This document shows, piece by piece, positions 12,572 through 26,078 of a stretch of 64,000 nt of DNA (within the stretch, counting starts at the first letter, position 1; every line of letters begins with the position of its first letter). Both the position numbers and the translations under genes were made by a program. Source of the DNA: Octopus vulgaris (Eukaryota). The notes below the pieces were generated by a model. It searched no databases. It saw only the letters and a list, made by a program, of their open reading frames with translations, and was not told the origin of the DNA. The stretch spans positions 53,382,001 to 53,446,000 of the forward strand of contig OX597822.1 in the NCBI GenBank assembly GCA_951406725.2, in the 5' to 3' direction.

Positions 12572-13040
12572 CACGAGGTTCTAGCTCACTTCCGCTATTT
12601 ACAACAGTGCTTGGAAGGAAGGTGTGTAGTGTGTGATCATCGCATTGACCATGACAGAGACCTGCTCAGTTGTCTACTCAAAGTCGTAAAAAGCGTATGA
12701 GTGCTTGGAAGGAAGGTGTGTAGTGTGTGATCATCGCATTGACCATGACAGAGACCTGCTCAGTTGTCTACTCAAAGTCGTAAAAAGCGTATGGAGAGAA
12801 GTGTATGAGCTGCACACAAGTGTACGAGTGGTTCAAACGTTTCCAAGATGGCCGAAAAATGTCGATATTGACGAATGTTCTGGGAGACCCGCAACCAGCA
12901 CAACTGAGAAAACATCGCAGATGTGCGCGCAGCTGTGAGGGAAAATCGCTGATTCATTATCCGCGAGTTATCAGAGGATGTGCTGATTAGTTGCGTTTAG
13001 TTCAGTTCATTACCTCTGAAGATTTGGGTATGAGTACACG
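12572..13040 (+). mobile_element. Mariner transposase N-terminal remnant with internal 94-bp tandem duplication
   Basis: YGEKCMSCTQVYEWFKRFQDGR / NVDIDECSGRPATS (mariner HTH and GRP motif, frameshifted). 12606-12699 is identical to 12700-12793. Confidence 0.75.
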
Positions 13041-13212
13041 TGCTGCATACTTTCCTACAACCTTTTCTTTACGTGCTATAAAGGCAGAAGTACGTTTGCC
13101 TCCGTCTCAGTCGCGCGACTATATTTCGATTATTTTTTGTTTGTCTTGCTATATAGAGGTCACCAATTGCCTACTCTGAGTAGTGACGGCATGTACCTGA
13201 TATATATATATC

Positions 13213-13352
13213 GGGTTGTCCGGAAAATTCTTGCCGATTTATAGTAGCTTACATTTCGACTTATTTTAGAACATGTTTGAGTCCATAGAATAGGATTTGA
13301 CTACACCCCTATTTAGAGCACAGTTTAAGCTATCTTTTCGTGGAAAAGATAG
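13213..13352 (+). mobile_element. Left end (TIR and leader) of a mariner
   Basis: GGGTTGTCCGGAAAATTCTTGCCGATTT follows (TA)n and matches the TIR at 14446. Confidence 0.75.
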
Positions 13353-13979
13353 CTTGACCACAATAAAATAAATTAACATGTAGCTACTGACGTGAAAACT
13401 TAATGGACGTAATGAAGCTTACAATCGTGGCTGCATGATAAGAAGCTAGTTTCCGAACCACATGATGTCGAGTTCAATTAACCTGCGTGACATCTTGGGT
13501 ATTTTTTACTATATTCTTGGGCCGAGTAAAACCTTGTGAGTGGATTTGGTAGACAGAAACTGAAAGAAGCCCGTCGTGTATGTATGTGTGTATGTGCGCC
13601 ATTGAGTGCTTCTGAGCCTGTGTTTGTCTCCCAGCACCACCACTTGACAACCGGTGTTAATGTATTTAAGCGGTTCGGTAAAAGACACCGATTTCAATAA
13701 ATACTAAGCTTTAAAAAAATAAGTCCTGGGGGTTGAGTTGTTCGAGTAAAAATAAAACTCTTTAAGGCAGTGTCCCAGCACTAAAACAAATAAATAATAG
13801 AGGATGAAAGATATATAAAAAAGATGAAAGATATATAAAAAATAGATCTTGGAAATTTATTGCTTGAAGGCAACATAGAAAAGAAAAATGATACGAAAAT
13901 ATGAAGAAACTGTAGCGCAAAAACTATCATAAAGTCATGCATTTAATAAAAAAGAAAAATCAAAGGCAAGCTTTGAATA

Positions 13980-14226
13980 TCGCGGTTTCAATTCCTAGAC
14001 TGGGTGGTGCGTTGTGTTTTTGAGCAAAACGTTTTATCTCACGTTGCTCTGCGATCACCTCGACACCCGATGCGTGGCACACCGTACTACTCGTTAGGCA
14101 AAATTGATTTTATGGATGGAGTGAGCTAATGTACAGCACATACATTTGATCACTAAAAACAAATCATTTGTGCAGCTTGTTCGGCAAACGCCGAAGACAC
14201 ATTCCTCGTCATCGACGGGAGAGTCC
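13980..14226 (+). mobile_element. SINE family C, diverged copy
   Basis: Colinear with 54278-54580 (TTGTGTT.TTGAG.AAA.C..TT.AT.TCACGTTGCTCTGCGATCA...GACGGGAGAGTCC). Confidence 0.7.
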
Positions 14227-14412
14227 CCCACCCCCCCAACATCGCCTGACAACCGATGTTGGTGTGTTTACGCCCCCGTAACTTAGTGGTTCGGAAAAAG
14301 AGACCGATAGAATCAGTTCAATGCTTACAAAGAATAAGTTCTGGGGTCGATTTGCTCGACTAAAGGTGGTGTTCCAGCATGGCCATAGTCAAATGACTGA
14401 AACAAGTAAAGA

Positions 14413-14445
<33 letters not shown>

Positions 14446-14449
<4 letters not shown>

Positions 14450-14845
14450 TGTCCGGAAAGTTCGTGCCGATTTTTAAAGGAAAGAAAAAGGTCAATAAAT
14501 ACTTGCCATTACATTTTAATCAGCCAAATATAAATTATTTTGTTGCACAATGCATCTCCATCTTTTCTTTGGCTTGAAAATACCCTCTTCCCAGAATTGA
14601 GGTGGTTTCATGGCAAAAAATTTATCAAGGTATCTTTTTACGTCATCCATGGAATTGAAATTTTTTACCATTAAGACTATTCTGCAGAGACCTGAATAAG
14701 TGGAGATCCGAAGGAGCAATATCTGGTGAATATGGAGGGTTGGGTAACACATCCCAGCCGAGCTGCAGCAATTTTTGTCTGGTTCCCAAAGCATCAAGTG
14801 CCGAAAATGAACTTTCTCATCTTCCATTTTAAAGGGTTACAGATT
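14446..14845 (-). mobile_element. Internally deleted mariner transposase with right TIR
   Basis: MEDEKVHFRHLMLWE is fused to QKLLQLGWDVLP.PPYSPDIAPSD...FFAMKPPQFWEEGIFK..RWRCIVQQN. The TIR GGGTTGTCCGGAAAGTTCGTGCCGATTT follows TA. Confidence 0.88.
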
Positions 14846-15536
14846 TTTTAAAGCTTAGTATTTATTGAAATCGGTGTCTTTTACCGAACCGCTTAAATAC
14901 GGTTAATAACACCGGTTGTCAAGCGGTGGTGCTGGGAGACAAACACAGACTCAAAAGCACTCAATGGCGCACGCACACACATACATACACGACGGGCTTC
15001 TTTCAGTTTCTGTCTACCAAATCCACTCACAAGGCTTTACTCGGCCCAAGAATATAGTAAAAAATACCCAAGATGTCACGCAGGTTAACTGAACTCGACA
15101 TCATGCGGTTCGGAAACTAGCTTCTTATCATACAGCCACGACTGTAAGCTTCATTACGTCCATTAAGTTTTCACGTCAGTAGCTACATGTTAATTTATTT
15201 TATTGTGGTCAAATTTATATAGGCTTCACTACCTACACCTTTGACCGATTCAAAATCCACGTGCTAAATATTTATATCGGTTGCGTGTTTAGACATGACT
15301 ATGAGAATTCCCTAATGAAAAAGATTAAAAGAGGAAATAATTGTATTGTAATTGAATTTTATAAAAACACACACACATACATCTGGTTTCAGGAGTGGTT
15401 GTGTGGTAAGTAGCCACATGCATCCGGGTTCAGTCCCACTGCGTGGCACCTTCGCAAAGTGTCTTCTACTATATCCTCGGGCCGACCAAAGCCTTGTGAG
15501 TGAATTTCGTGGATGGAAACTGAAAGAAAACCGGCG

Positions 15537-15605
<69 letters not shown>

Positions 15606-15821
15606 CTATGTTTGTCCCCACAACATCGCTTGATGCTGGTGTGTTTACGTCCCCGTAATTTAGCGGTGCGGCAAAAGAGACCGATAGAATAAGTACTAGG
15701 CTTACAAAGAGTAAGCCCTGAGGTCGATTTGCTCGACTAAAGGCGGTGCTTCAGCATGGCCGCAGGCAAATGGCTGAAATAAAAGAATATATATATGTAA
15801 TATATATAGATATATAGATAC

Positions 15822-15864
<43 letters not shown>

Positions 15865-15916
15865 TATGTGTTTGTGTGTGTATGTGTGTATATACAAGTA
15901 TATATACATATATACT

Positions 15917-15957
<41 letters not shown>

Positions 15958-18499
15958 ACGTATATAGATACTCGCACACACACACCCTCATGCACGCACG
16001 GACACGCACGTACACGCAAACACTCACACACACACACATATACATATTAAATCATATAATTTACTTCCCCCTGGGCTGCAACTGTGGTGGATAAATGAAA
16101 GCAAATGCATTCAACATGTATTGAAACTCAAACATTTTTATTCAGTTCACATGAACTGAAAATTATCCCTAAATCATTCAAATCTCAGAATTACAATGAC
16201 AAATGACAACATCTGAACAAAAATGCTGACAGATTGGATTTTAAGAGGCTGCAAATGCAAAGAGGATGTCACTGAAAAATATGGAAAGACACATTTTTCT
16301 AAATTTGACAATAATGGCCGTCAAGTCCCCAAAATTACAAGTTACAGAGAGATACAACGAAATTGGTAGCAATGGAAAAGAGTGAGTGATTTCATTCAGT
16401 GAATGAATAACGTGTCTTAAGTACAATGGATGTATTATCTTGAATATCGAAAGAATATTGTTGAACGCAAAATTATATAACCAAGCTATTTGTCACTAAT
16501 ACAAAATGATTTTACCATGAACAGGGAAGAACAAAATATAGGACAGACAGTAAGAAACGTATGTTTGTGATGTGCATGATCATAGATGAATTGCCATATG
16601 TGAGAATGATAAATTAATTAGAATAAATTACTTAGAAATAAGAATGATGCAAATATTCAATAAATACTTTCTAATTACTTGCCAACGGTAAGAACGTCTT
16701 TAATAACTCATCAAGGAGGTAACTGATTAATGGTCAACAGTGAAGAAATATAATGAAAAATACAAAAAATATACTGGCCCGTAGCCTTCTTCATTAGAAT
16801 ATGCAAAATTGTATATCAATATAATAATTATTTAGATATAATTATATAAATCGATATAATATGTCATTTTAACTAAAGTATGTATGGCTGGAAATAGGCG
16901 TAGGACTACAATTTTTAATCAATTAGACGGATTCCAATACTGATACATATATTTTTGTCAACTCTTGAAAAATGTAGAGAAAAATCAACCTTGGCCCCAT
17001 ATTTTTCCCTCAACTCTATGAATCCTGCAAAAATCACTATCTGTACAATCGATACAGTAGAAGTACCAGTCATAATATACGGTTCTAGACTGTTAGTAAT
17101 ATATGTTTTCTATAGATAGTAACACTAAGAATCTAATCAGTACAATTAAGACATTGGAAGTACCAGTTATATTATACCAGTTATATTTGTACTATATGGA
17201 TTATAAGTAACATACGTAGATTCAGTAAACAGTAACAAAATATCATCTAAACTATTAAAACACTGGAAATAACATTTATTCCATACGGCTCTGTAATATG
17301 GATTATAGTAATACATATAGATTCTATATTAACAGATTTAATCTTATGAAATAAAGCACCACGTGAAACATAATAACCTGTCACTCAGCGACTGTAGATT
17401 CTAAGAACAGAAGAGGTTAAGGAACTATCAACTACCATAGATCAGTACAATATGGCAGTTAATACTGTTGCCTGTTATCTTTCCAAGCCACAAGAAGGCT
17501 CTCTAAGTCCCGTTTTTTAGTATGCCCACTCTATATTAGTAACTTGATTAGGACAGCAACAGCAAAATAATCTCAAGAGATTAAATCTATTTTCAGAGTA
17601 GTAAAACCTTTTTCTAAAGCATCTGTAAAATTAGTAATACTGATGGCATGTAGGTCAACATGTTGAACGACCGTAAAGACATGCCTTTACATGACTAATA
17701 CTTCCAAGAACTTGATGTTTCATATATAAATAAAACATTTAACATTGGTCTAGGGGAACAAATGAATGACATTTTCAATACAAGAACAAAACATTAACCT
17801 CTAGCTATAATGAAAAGAATACTCACAATTGTTACATACAAGTTTTAAACTTCTGACGATACTGTGTTCTTTTCTCTTTCCAGAAATACTCTATTATATT
17901 GTATTAAGATGCCCTAGACTAACTCCGACAAAAAATAAAGTTGGAGACACAATAACGTAGCAAAACTGCTTTAGATGCGCCAAGCTACTAAATTTTAACT
18001 ACTTCGAGAAAAAAAAACTCTGTCGGAATTATAATAAACGTCACCTTAGGAAGCAATAATGCAAAAATACTATCAATCTTTATAATACAAGTAGACAACT
18101 ATATAGCACGTAATATATCTGACGTCATTTACCACAACAAAAATGACAACAGTATATTAATAATCAACCAACACCAAGTCACTATAATAATAAACGGAAG
18201 CTAGCAGAAAATCAGCTAGAGTAAAAACATTATGGCACTTAAAGACAATATTCATCATCCCATTTGTAATTTTAGTTCAACTACAATGATACACAAGCAT
18301 TGTTGTGATAAAATTGATAAATTACCTATAAAAATGAAAATAAGAGATCTTCCAGGAAACAACAATATTAAGATCTGCTAATATTATTAGGGCATTCTTA
18401 TACACCACTTGTTAACCTTTAACATGCTTAAGAATGCTTTCAATGATGTACTTTTCTCAATCCGCAAGTAATAGAAATATGTACGTAATAGTGAAGAAA

Positions 18500-19412
18500 G
18501 TTCACTAAGAGCTGCTAGAGTCACAGCAGGACATAGGGAGACCAAAACGCCAGATGAAGTTACAAACAAGAAAATAGAACAAAAGTTATCTGACATGCAG
18601 GAGAAGACTTTGCATGGTAGATACCTAAAGATAGTTGCAGCAAGTAGTAGCAATGATAGAAGGTTATGGTTGCAGAAAGGAAGTCTAGAAAGGGAGACAA
18701 GACAGAAAATGTGTTAGTAGCGGCACAAGATCAAACATTATGGACTAATTAAATAAAAGCTAAGATAGACAAAAATCAAGTAGATTCCCAGTGTATGTAT
18801 GCAAATTAAAAGAGGAAAGTGTTACTCATATAATAAGTGAATGTAGTATGCTGGCACAGAAAGAATACAAGAAAAGACATGACAACTTAGGGAGAGTAAT
18901 CCACTGGGAATTATGTAGGAAGCTAAGATTTGAACATACTGATAAATGATATGAACATGAACCTAGTAAAGAACTAGAAAGTAAGAAATATAAGATGTTG
19001 TGGGACTTTAACGTTCAAACTGACAGAGAAATAGAAGCTAGAAGGCCTGATTTAGTACTAGAAGATAAAGAGAATAGAAAGTACCAAATATCTTACTTTA
19101 CATTCCCAAATGATGAGAAAATCAATATGAGAGGCAAAGAGTAAATAGTAAAGTACCAGGCACTAGACATTGAATTACAGAGACTACAGAGAGTGCTGGT
19201 AAAATGTATCACTGTAGTTAAAAGTGCATTTGGAACTATCCCTAAAGATTTGAACAGATGGCGAGAGGAAATAGGCATAAGACCCAGTTTAGTACAGATC
19301 CAGAAAACAGTGTTACTAGGAACGGCTAGGATACTTAAGGGGGTCTTTGGTATCTAAGGTTATTTGTAAGGAATTTTTCTTTTCCAGCAGTCTAATTTGT
19401 TGTGCGTGTATC
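18500..19412 (+). mobile_element. Decayed 3' portion of an R4/Dong-clade LINE
   Basis: LHGRYL..WLQKGSL..VAAQDQ..HIISECSMLAQKEYKKRHD..IHWELC..LWDFNVQTDREIEARRPDLV..QKTVLLGTARIL, with stops and frameshifts. It ends in (TAA)n at 19413-19500. Confidence 0.88.
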
Positions 19413-19437
19413 AAATAATAATAATAATAATAATAAC

Positions 19438-19502
<65 letters not shown>

Positions 19503-19504
<2 letters not shown>

Positions 19505-21965
19505 GAATGAATGAACTGGTCTGTGGAAACGATGTAAAACCTAATTATTAGATGAAATAATCTGTGGAAACAATGTAAAAGCCAGAAAAGGAAGATATAT
19601 GAAGAGAAAACAGATTCTCACCAAGAGAAGAAATACTTTCAGCAAAAGAAACACTGCAACAAAAAGTTCAAGCAAAAGCGCTAAGAATATGAAGATTTGA
19701 GAAGAGAAACAAGTTTTATAATCAAAATAAACTGTTCACATCCAATGCGAAAACATTCTACAGAGAAATAGAGAAGGAGAAAATAACCGCTGAAGACCTC
19801 GCTCCCTCCCATGGAAGAAGTTGAAAACTTTTGGAAAAATATCTGGAATGATGAAAAGACTTACAATGAAAATGCAGACTGGATTAAACGCACAGGAAGA
19901 ACCTACCAAAACTTACCTGAACAAGCATGGGAAGACATCACAATAGCAGAACTAAGCATGACACTCACAAAGGCTCAGAAGTGAAACTCCCCTGGTAATG
20001 GCAGGGTGCCAAATTTCTGGCTCGCATCACTCCCGTACGCAAAACAAAAAGTTAGTCCAATTATTCAATGAAATTTTGCAAGATCCTACGAAAACACTGA
20101 TTGGTTAGCAAGGGGTATTATTTACCTACTCTCGAAGAATAATGAAACCAAATTTCCCTAAAACTATTGGCCTATAACATGTCTGTCTAACACGGATAGA
20201 ATTTTAACAGCTATCGTCGTGGAGAAAACATACAAATTTATAGAACTGAACGATATTTTCCCCATTGAACAAAAATGGAAGCTCACATAGATGCAAAGAC
20301 CAACTCTTAATCAATCGCATTATCCTTGAAAACTGTCATAACAACCGCAGAAATCTAGTTCTGTATCGATTCATTATTAAAAAAAAGGCCTTTGACAGTA
20401 TACGGCATTCATGGATCTTGAAATCGCTGGATATCTTCAAGATTTCTCCTGTGATTTCAAACTTCCTGAAGCACATGTCAGTGTGGAATACGAATCTCCA
20501 GTTGTACCACTCTAATGGAGTATTGACCACAAAATACATTAATATCAACTGCGGCATTTTCAAAGATCACTCATTTTCACATTTAATTTTTGTGCATAGT
20601 CCTAATACTGCTTACAAGTGAACTTAACAAAACAGGATATGGATATAAAATTAACGACAAGAAAATAAGTCATCTATTTGATATGGATGACTTAAAACTT
20701 TAAGGCAAAGACAATGATGAGCTTCAAGGACTACTACGTACAGTGATATCATTCAGCAATTCCATCGGGATGGAATTTTGTCTTGATAAATGCGCCAAGG
20801 CCACTTTCCAGAAAGGGAAATTGAAGGCCTCACATTCAGTGGTGTTAGATGTTGACACAGTCATAAAAGAACTCCAGCAGCAGCAAACTCACAAATACCT
20901 CGGAATAAAGAGGGTTCTGGCTTTCAGCATGGAAGCATGAAAGAGATCAGTAAGGAATGTTACAGGATAGTTCCAGTAGTTCTAAAATCCAAATTAAATG
21001 CACGTAACAAGGTGTTAGCTCTAAATTGCTTTACAGTTCCGGTTATTATTTAGTTTCAATATGTTGAACTGGAATATGAGCGAAATAAGGAAGATTGACT
21101 GGAAAATCCGTAAGCTGCTGACTAGCCAGAGATCAAAGAAGTCGAGGCTTGATCCAATTTGAAATCTCTTACAAAACCACCATAATTGGACTGGGAAAAT
21201 ATCTTGATATACCTAATGATTGGATGCTAAAGCTCGTTGAAAACCATGGAAAACGTAAGAAGCTTCATTCTCTTGTGAAAGAGCGCAAAATGTTTCAAGT
21301 GAGTTTATGCATAATACCCAGATTGAACAGCATGATGGAAGTGCGGCAACTGTCCTTACAAAGAAGGTAAAATCAATAATAAAGCAAAATGCATTTGAAC
21401 AATTGGTTGATAGGTGGGAACAAAAACCTCTACACGGCAAATATGTGACCCGTAGCAAATACGCTGATTTAGACCAGAAGCACACCCATCAGTGGCTACT
21501 GAACTTAGGGCTAAAGGCAGAGTGTGAAGGCTTTATCTTGGCTGCTCAAGATCAGAGCTTATTGAGCCGGAACTATCAAGCCAATGTGATGGAAAATGGT
21601 GTAGACCCAAGGTGCCGATATTGTAACGATGGCATTGAAACAGTGGACCACCTAATCTCTTGGTTTAAAGTTTTAGTACAAATCAAGCCATGACAGAGTT
21701 GGCCAATATCTACATTGGATAATGTGTTGGCATTATGAAATAAAAACAGCTGACAAATGGTACAAGCACTACCTTGAGGTTATAACTGAAGGAGAAAATG
21801 TAACGATTCTTTGGGACTTCCCAATACGTACAGACCGGACCGTCAAAGCAAATAAACCAGATATTGTTGTGAAAGACAAAAAGCTATAAAGTCTGTTTAT
21901 TGATTGGCATAATCGTACCTTGTGACCATAATATCTCAGCAAAAGAATTTGATAGGCTCAGAAAA
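19503..21965 (+). mobile_element. R4/Dong-clade LINE pseudo-ORF (RT, CCHC, RLE)
   Basis: PITCLS, CKDQLLIN, KKAFDSIRHSWIL, HLFDMDDLKL, LDKCAK, KYLGI, KPLHGKY, EGFILAAQDQ, CRYC..ETVDHLIS and KPDIVVKDK, with many frameshifts. It begins directly after (TAA)n. Confidence 0.92.
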
Positions 21966-22449
21966 GATATTTTGCTACAAATTTTGGGGGAAGGGGATTA
22001 GTCGATTACATCGTTCCCAATGTTTCACTGGTACTTAATTTATCGACCCCGAAAGGATGAAAGGTAAAGTCGACCTCGGCAGAACTTGAACTCAGAACGT
22101 AGCGACGGGCAAAATACTGCTAAACATTTCATCCAGCGTGCTAACGATACTGACAATAATGATAATAACAATAATAATAATAATAATGATAATAGTAATA
22201 ATAATAATAATAATACAGCAATTTCAACGGAACTTCATGCATGCTAGAGGGGAATATGAAACAAAATAATTAGCACAACGACAAAAATTCACAACGGATC
22301 AGAAGAGAAAAAGACACGATAACACGATAAGTATGACCCACCCTAACCCGTAAGAATTACAAGCGACTGAAATGCGCCTGGGATTATAAGCGTCTACCCG
22401 TGGATTGATGGTAATAGCTTTCAATGAACTGATAAGCAGACCAAAATCA

Positions 22450-24110
22450 ATATTTAAAATCTCTGGTGGAAAGAAAACACTACATAAATTCATTAAAAAA
22501 AATACTAGAATACCACCACCATCCAATCGGGGGAAAATCTATGAGGCCATAACATGCTATCAAACAATATGCAAAGCCCTTTGATCCAGTTTCTATAACT
22601 GGCTGGTTACTCACCCGGCGAACAGTCATATATTACCAGAGGAGCAGATAGCTTTCGAGAAAGGAATGCCTGATCTAGTAGAGCGGCTAACTGTGTAATG
22701 AGAAATTGTAGAAGACAGTTAAAAGAGGAAAACAAACCTTAGCAATGCCTGGACTAATTACAGAAAAGCATTTGACATTTACTACACTCTTGGATACTGG
22801 AAACATTTTGTAGAACTAATACATCAATCATGCCCAGCTAAAATGGAATAGATTACTACCACTACAAGTCAAATAGAAACTAGTCAAAACTATTCGCATA
22901 TCCTTAAGAAATCTTCCCTAGAAATTCATTATGTCCCTTGGTCTTTAGCTTAACTCTAAATTTTATTAATATACCTACTGAATGTATCTACCAGTCGTTG
23001 CAAATTCTATGAACAAGCGATAAACTATCTTTATGGATGGTTGAGAAATATTCACTAGGGATAATAACCATTTAGAAAACCAACTTAATTTATTCATAAA
23101 TTCAACCAAAACATAAAAATATGGTTGTGAAGTTGAACAACGCTATTATTAGAAGAGATAAATTTGTTAAATTAAGCGAAACTGAAAATATTAGATTAGA
23201 TAGCTCACACTGAAATTAGGCCAAAGCTACCCATACAAATACCCCAGAGAATATGAAATTGATGAACTACCAGACAGACAAATGAAAACGATTAGAAATA
23301 AGTATGATAGAAGAGACAAGCAATTTTTAAAAACTAAACCCGTAAATATAGCTTCCCAGTAAAAATGACAGCTTCAAAAGAATAAACTGGAAGTTAAGTA
23401 AATGAGGAGCTTAGACATACAAAAAGAAAACACAAGAAAATCCCGAGGCCACTAATCCATAGGCGATATAGATAGTATATTGATATGACATTCGCATAGT
23501 GCTTGGAGCCTAGGACTATCAGAAAACTACTAAAAAAAATTATAACAGGACTAGAAAAATACTTAGCCGTAAGCAAATAGAACCTAATGATTAATGTAAT
23601 AAGAAGATATAGAGAAAACAAATGGGTTCTCTTTATAAGAATAACAATAAAGCACTAATTGCAAACAAAGTATTCAGAACAAAGATATTTAGATGAAGCT
23701 AAAACAATTCAAAAAATAGCATAAAAGCAAAAGTAGAAATCAAAATGGAATAGCAAGATGTACTTATGAAAAGAGATGGAGTGAAAAAATTACTCCATGA
23801 CCAATATTTAATTCAGACTCGACAGAGACGTTGTAAGCCAGAGTGCAAACCATCAATGGCTCAAATGTTTCGAACTAAAATCATAAATCGAAGATATGAT
23901 TCTTGTTGCTCAGAGTCAATGTCTAACCAAAGATAATTGCAACAGTAATATAAATGGGAAAAGATATTAATATCACGTATAGATTTGGTATTAGCATCTT
24001 TTTCCGTTAATTTATCTTTTCGTTATTTGATCTTGACAAGTCTGAGTATATTCACAGGCGCGATCAAGTCGGCAGCTATGTCCAGTGGGAAATATGTACA
24101 AACAGAGATA
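22450..24110 (+). mobile_element. Highly decayed third R4/Dong-type LINE
   Basis: Residual motifs RP ITCY, NYRKAFDI, YLYG/MD, HQWLK, ILVAQSQCL and EYIHRRDQVGSYVQW. It follows (TAA)n at 22155-22215. Confidence 0.6.
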
Positions 24111-24299
24111 TGAAAGAAACAACCAAATAGACTGCTACTTTGGAAATCGCGAACTGTGTGTGTGTGTGTGTGTGTCTGTCTGTCTGTCTGTGCCTGTATG
24201 TGTCTCTGTGTATGTGTTTGTGTGTGTGTGTCTCTCTATGTTTGGATGTGTGTGTGTGTATAAAAAGATAGACAGACAGAATGACAGACAGATAGACTT

Positions 24300-24402
<103 letters not shown>

Positions 24403-24930
24403 TACATATGTGTGTATGTGTAAGAAATTGAGATGACAAAGGAATAAACAATTGTCATGAATTTCATTAGCTTACATCTGATACCCAAGCACTCAACTAT
24501 GAGTGCAATGCATTTTATAGAAGAAACAGCTGTGAGCCGATGAAGTTCATAAATACCAGTTTATTTTTTGTCATCCTTATTACTGGTTTGTACTCGACTG
24601 ACGCTTCGTTCTCAACTATATGTGTACTGAGGTCTGGTTGTTAGTAGTAATGCCTGAGTGAAATATTAATACACAAACACACACACACATATATATATAT
24701 TTATATATATATGAGGGTGGATGAGTATATACTTATAGACACATGTACGTGGTTGTGCGGGCGCGCATGTGTAGGTATGGACAGGCGCGCTTACGCGAAT
24801 ACTATGAACATTTTTACTCCCTTACCTTTACTCCCTTAGCAGTCATTCTAATTGCTCTTTTGTCTTAATAACGGTCAATCACACAGTAATTTTCCCTTTG
24901 TTTAACGGTCATTTTCATAGCATTTTTTCG

Positions 24931-24991
24931 GATAACTGAAGAGATGGCGGCGTAGGTCTCCGCCCCGACATCCGAAACTCGGAGTTTTATC
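24931..24991 (+). ncRNA. Type I hammerhead ribozyme motif in a ~320-bp element (24712-25030) between (TA)n
   Basis: GATAA-CTGAAGA-GATG..CATC-C-GAAAC-TCGGA-GTT-TTATC. Stem I is GATAA/TTATC, stem III is the near-palindrome ACTCGGAGT, and the cleavage triplet is GUU. Confidence 0.7.
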
Positions 24992-25035
24992 ATGGCTACC
25001 GAATAAGTGTCACATATTATGTTTACATATATATA

Positions 25036-25550
25036 CTAGCAGTATCGCCCGGCGTTGCTCGGGTTTGTAAGGGAAATAACTATATAAGTATTTTTAGAGA
25101 GTTACTTCCTTTATAGATGCCAATTCGGGCTTTCTTAGCCATTTCTGTTTTGGTGTCTTCAAGCCATGAAGTCGTTGTTCTAAAAGAACGCTGGTCTCCT
25201 TCACAACGCATTACGACGTTTATTACCTTAAACTCCCTTCCCCACAGCTTCACGAGGGAGGGAAGAAGGGGGAGAAGCAAACACAGGTGCAGGTGTTTGA
25301 GCGTGGACGCCAACTCCGCCGCCATCGACACACGAAAAATTATGCATTAAAATGGAATAAAAAATGATGTTAAATTATTTTTAAAATCGTAGACTCATCG
25401 TAGACGCGCGCTAATAGCCAGACGGGCTCGATATTAATCACGACTATAAGATACCCGAATTTGGTTAAACTGCACCGCAAAATGTGGGAGGAGTTAGGAA
25501 TCTAAATCGTAGGAGACAGACACTCACACAACTACAGTTTTATATATATA
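25036..25550 (-). mobile_element. Non-autonomous Helitron, copy 1
   Basis: The - strand ends CCCGAGCAACGCCGGG (hairpin)-CGATACTG-CTAG|T, the canonical Helitron 3' terminus. The 5' end reads TATATATAAAACTG. Confidence 0.8.
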
Positions 25551-26041
25551 CTAGCAGTATCGCCCGGCGTTGCTCGGGTTTGTAAGGGAAATAACTATAT
25601 AAGCATTTTTAGAGAGTTACTTCCCTTATAAATTCAGGCTTTCTTAGCCATTTTTGTTTTGGTATCTTCAAGCCATGAAGTCGTTGTTCTAAAAGAACGC
25701 TGGTTTCCTTCACAACGCATTACGACGTTGATTTCTTTACACTCCCTTCCCCCACAGCTTCACGAGGGAGGGAAGGGGGAGAAGCAAACAGGTGCAGCTG
25801 TGAGCGTGGACGCCAACTCCGCCGCAATCGACACACGAAACATTTTATGCATTAAAATGGAATAAAAAATGATGTTAAATTATTTTTAAAATCGTAGACT
25901 CATCGTTGACGCGCGCTAATAGTCAGACGGGCTCGATATGAATCACGACTATAAGATACCCGGTTTAGGTTAAACTGCACCGCAAAATGTGGGAGGAGTT
26001 AAGAATCTAAATCGAAGGGGACAGACACTCACACAACTAGA

Positions 26042-26050
<9 letters not shown>
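25551..26050 (-). mobile_element. Non-autonomous Helitron, tandem copy 2
   Basis: Head-to-tail repeat of 25036-25550 with the same hairpin-CTAG end and scattered differences. Confidence 0.8.
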
Positions 26051-26077
<27 letters not shown>

Positions 26078-26078
<1 letters not shown>

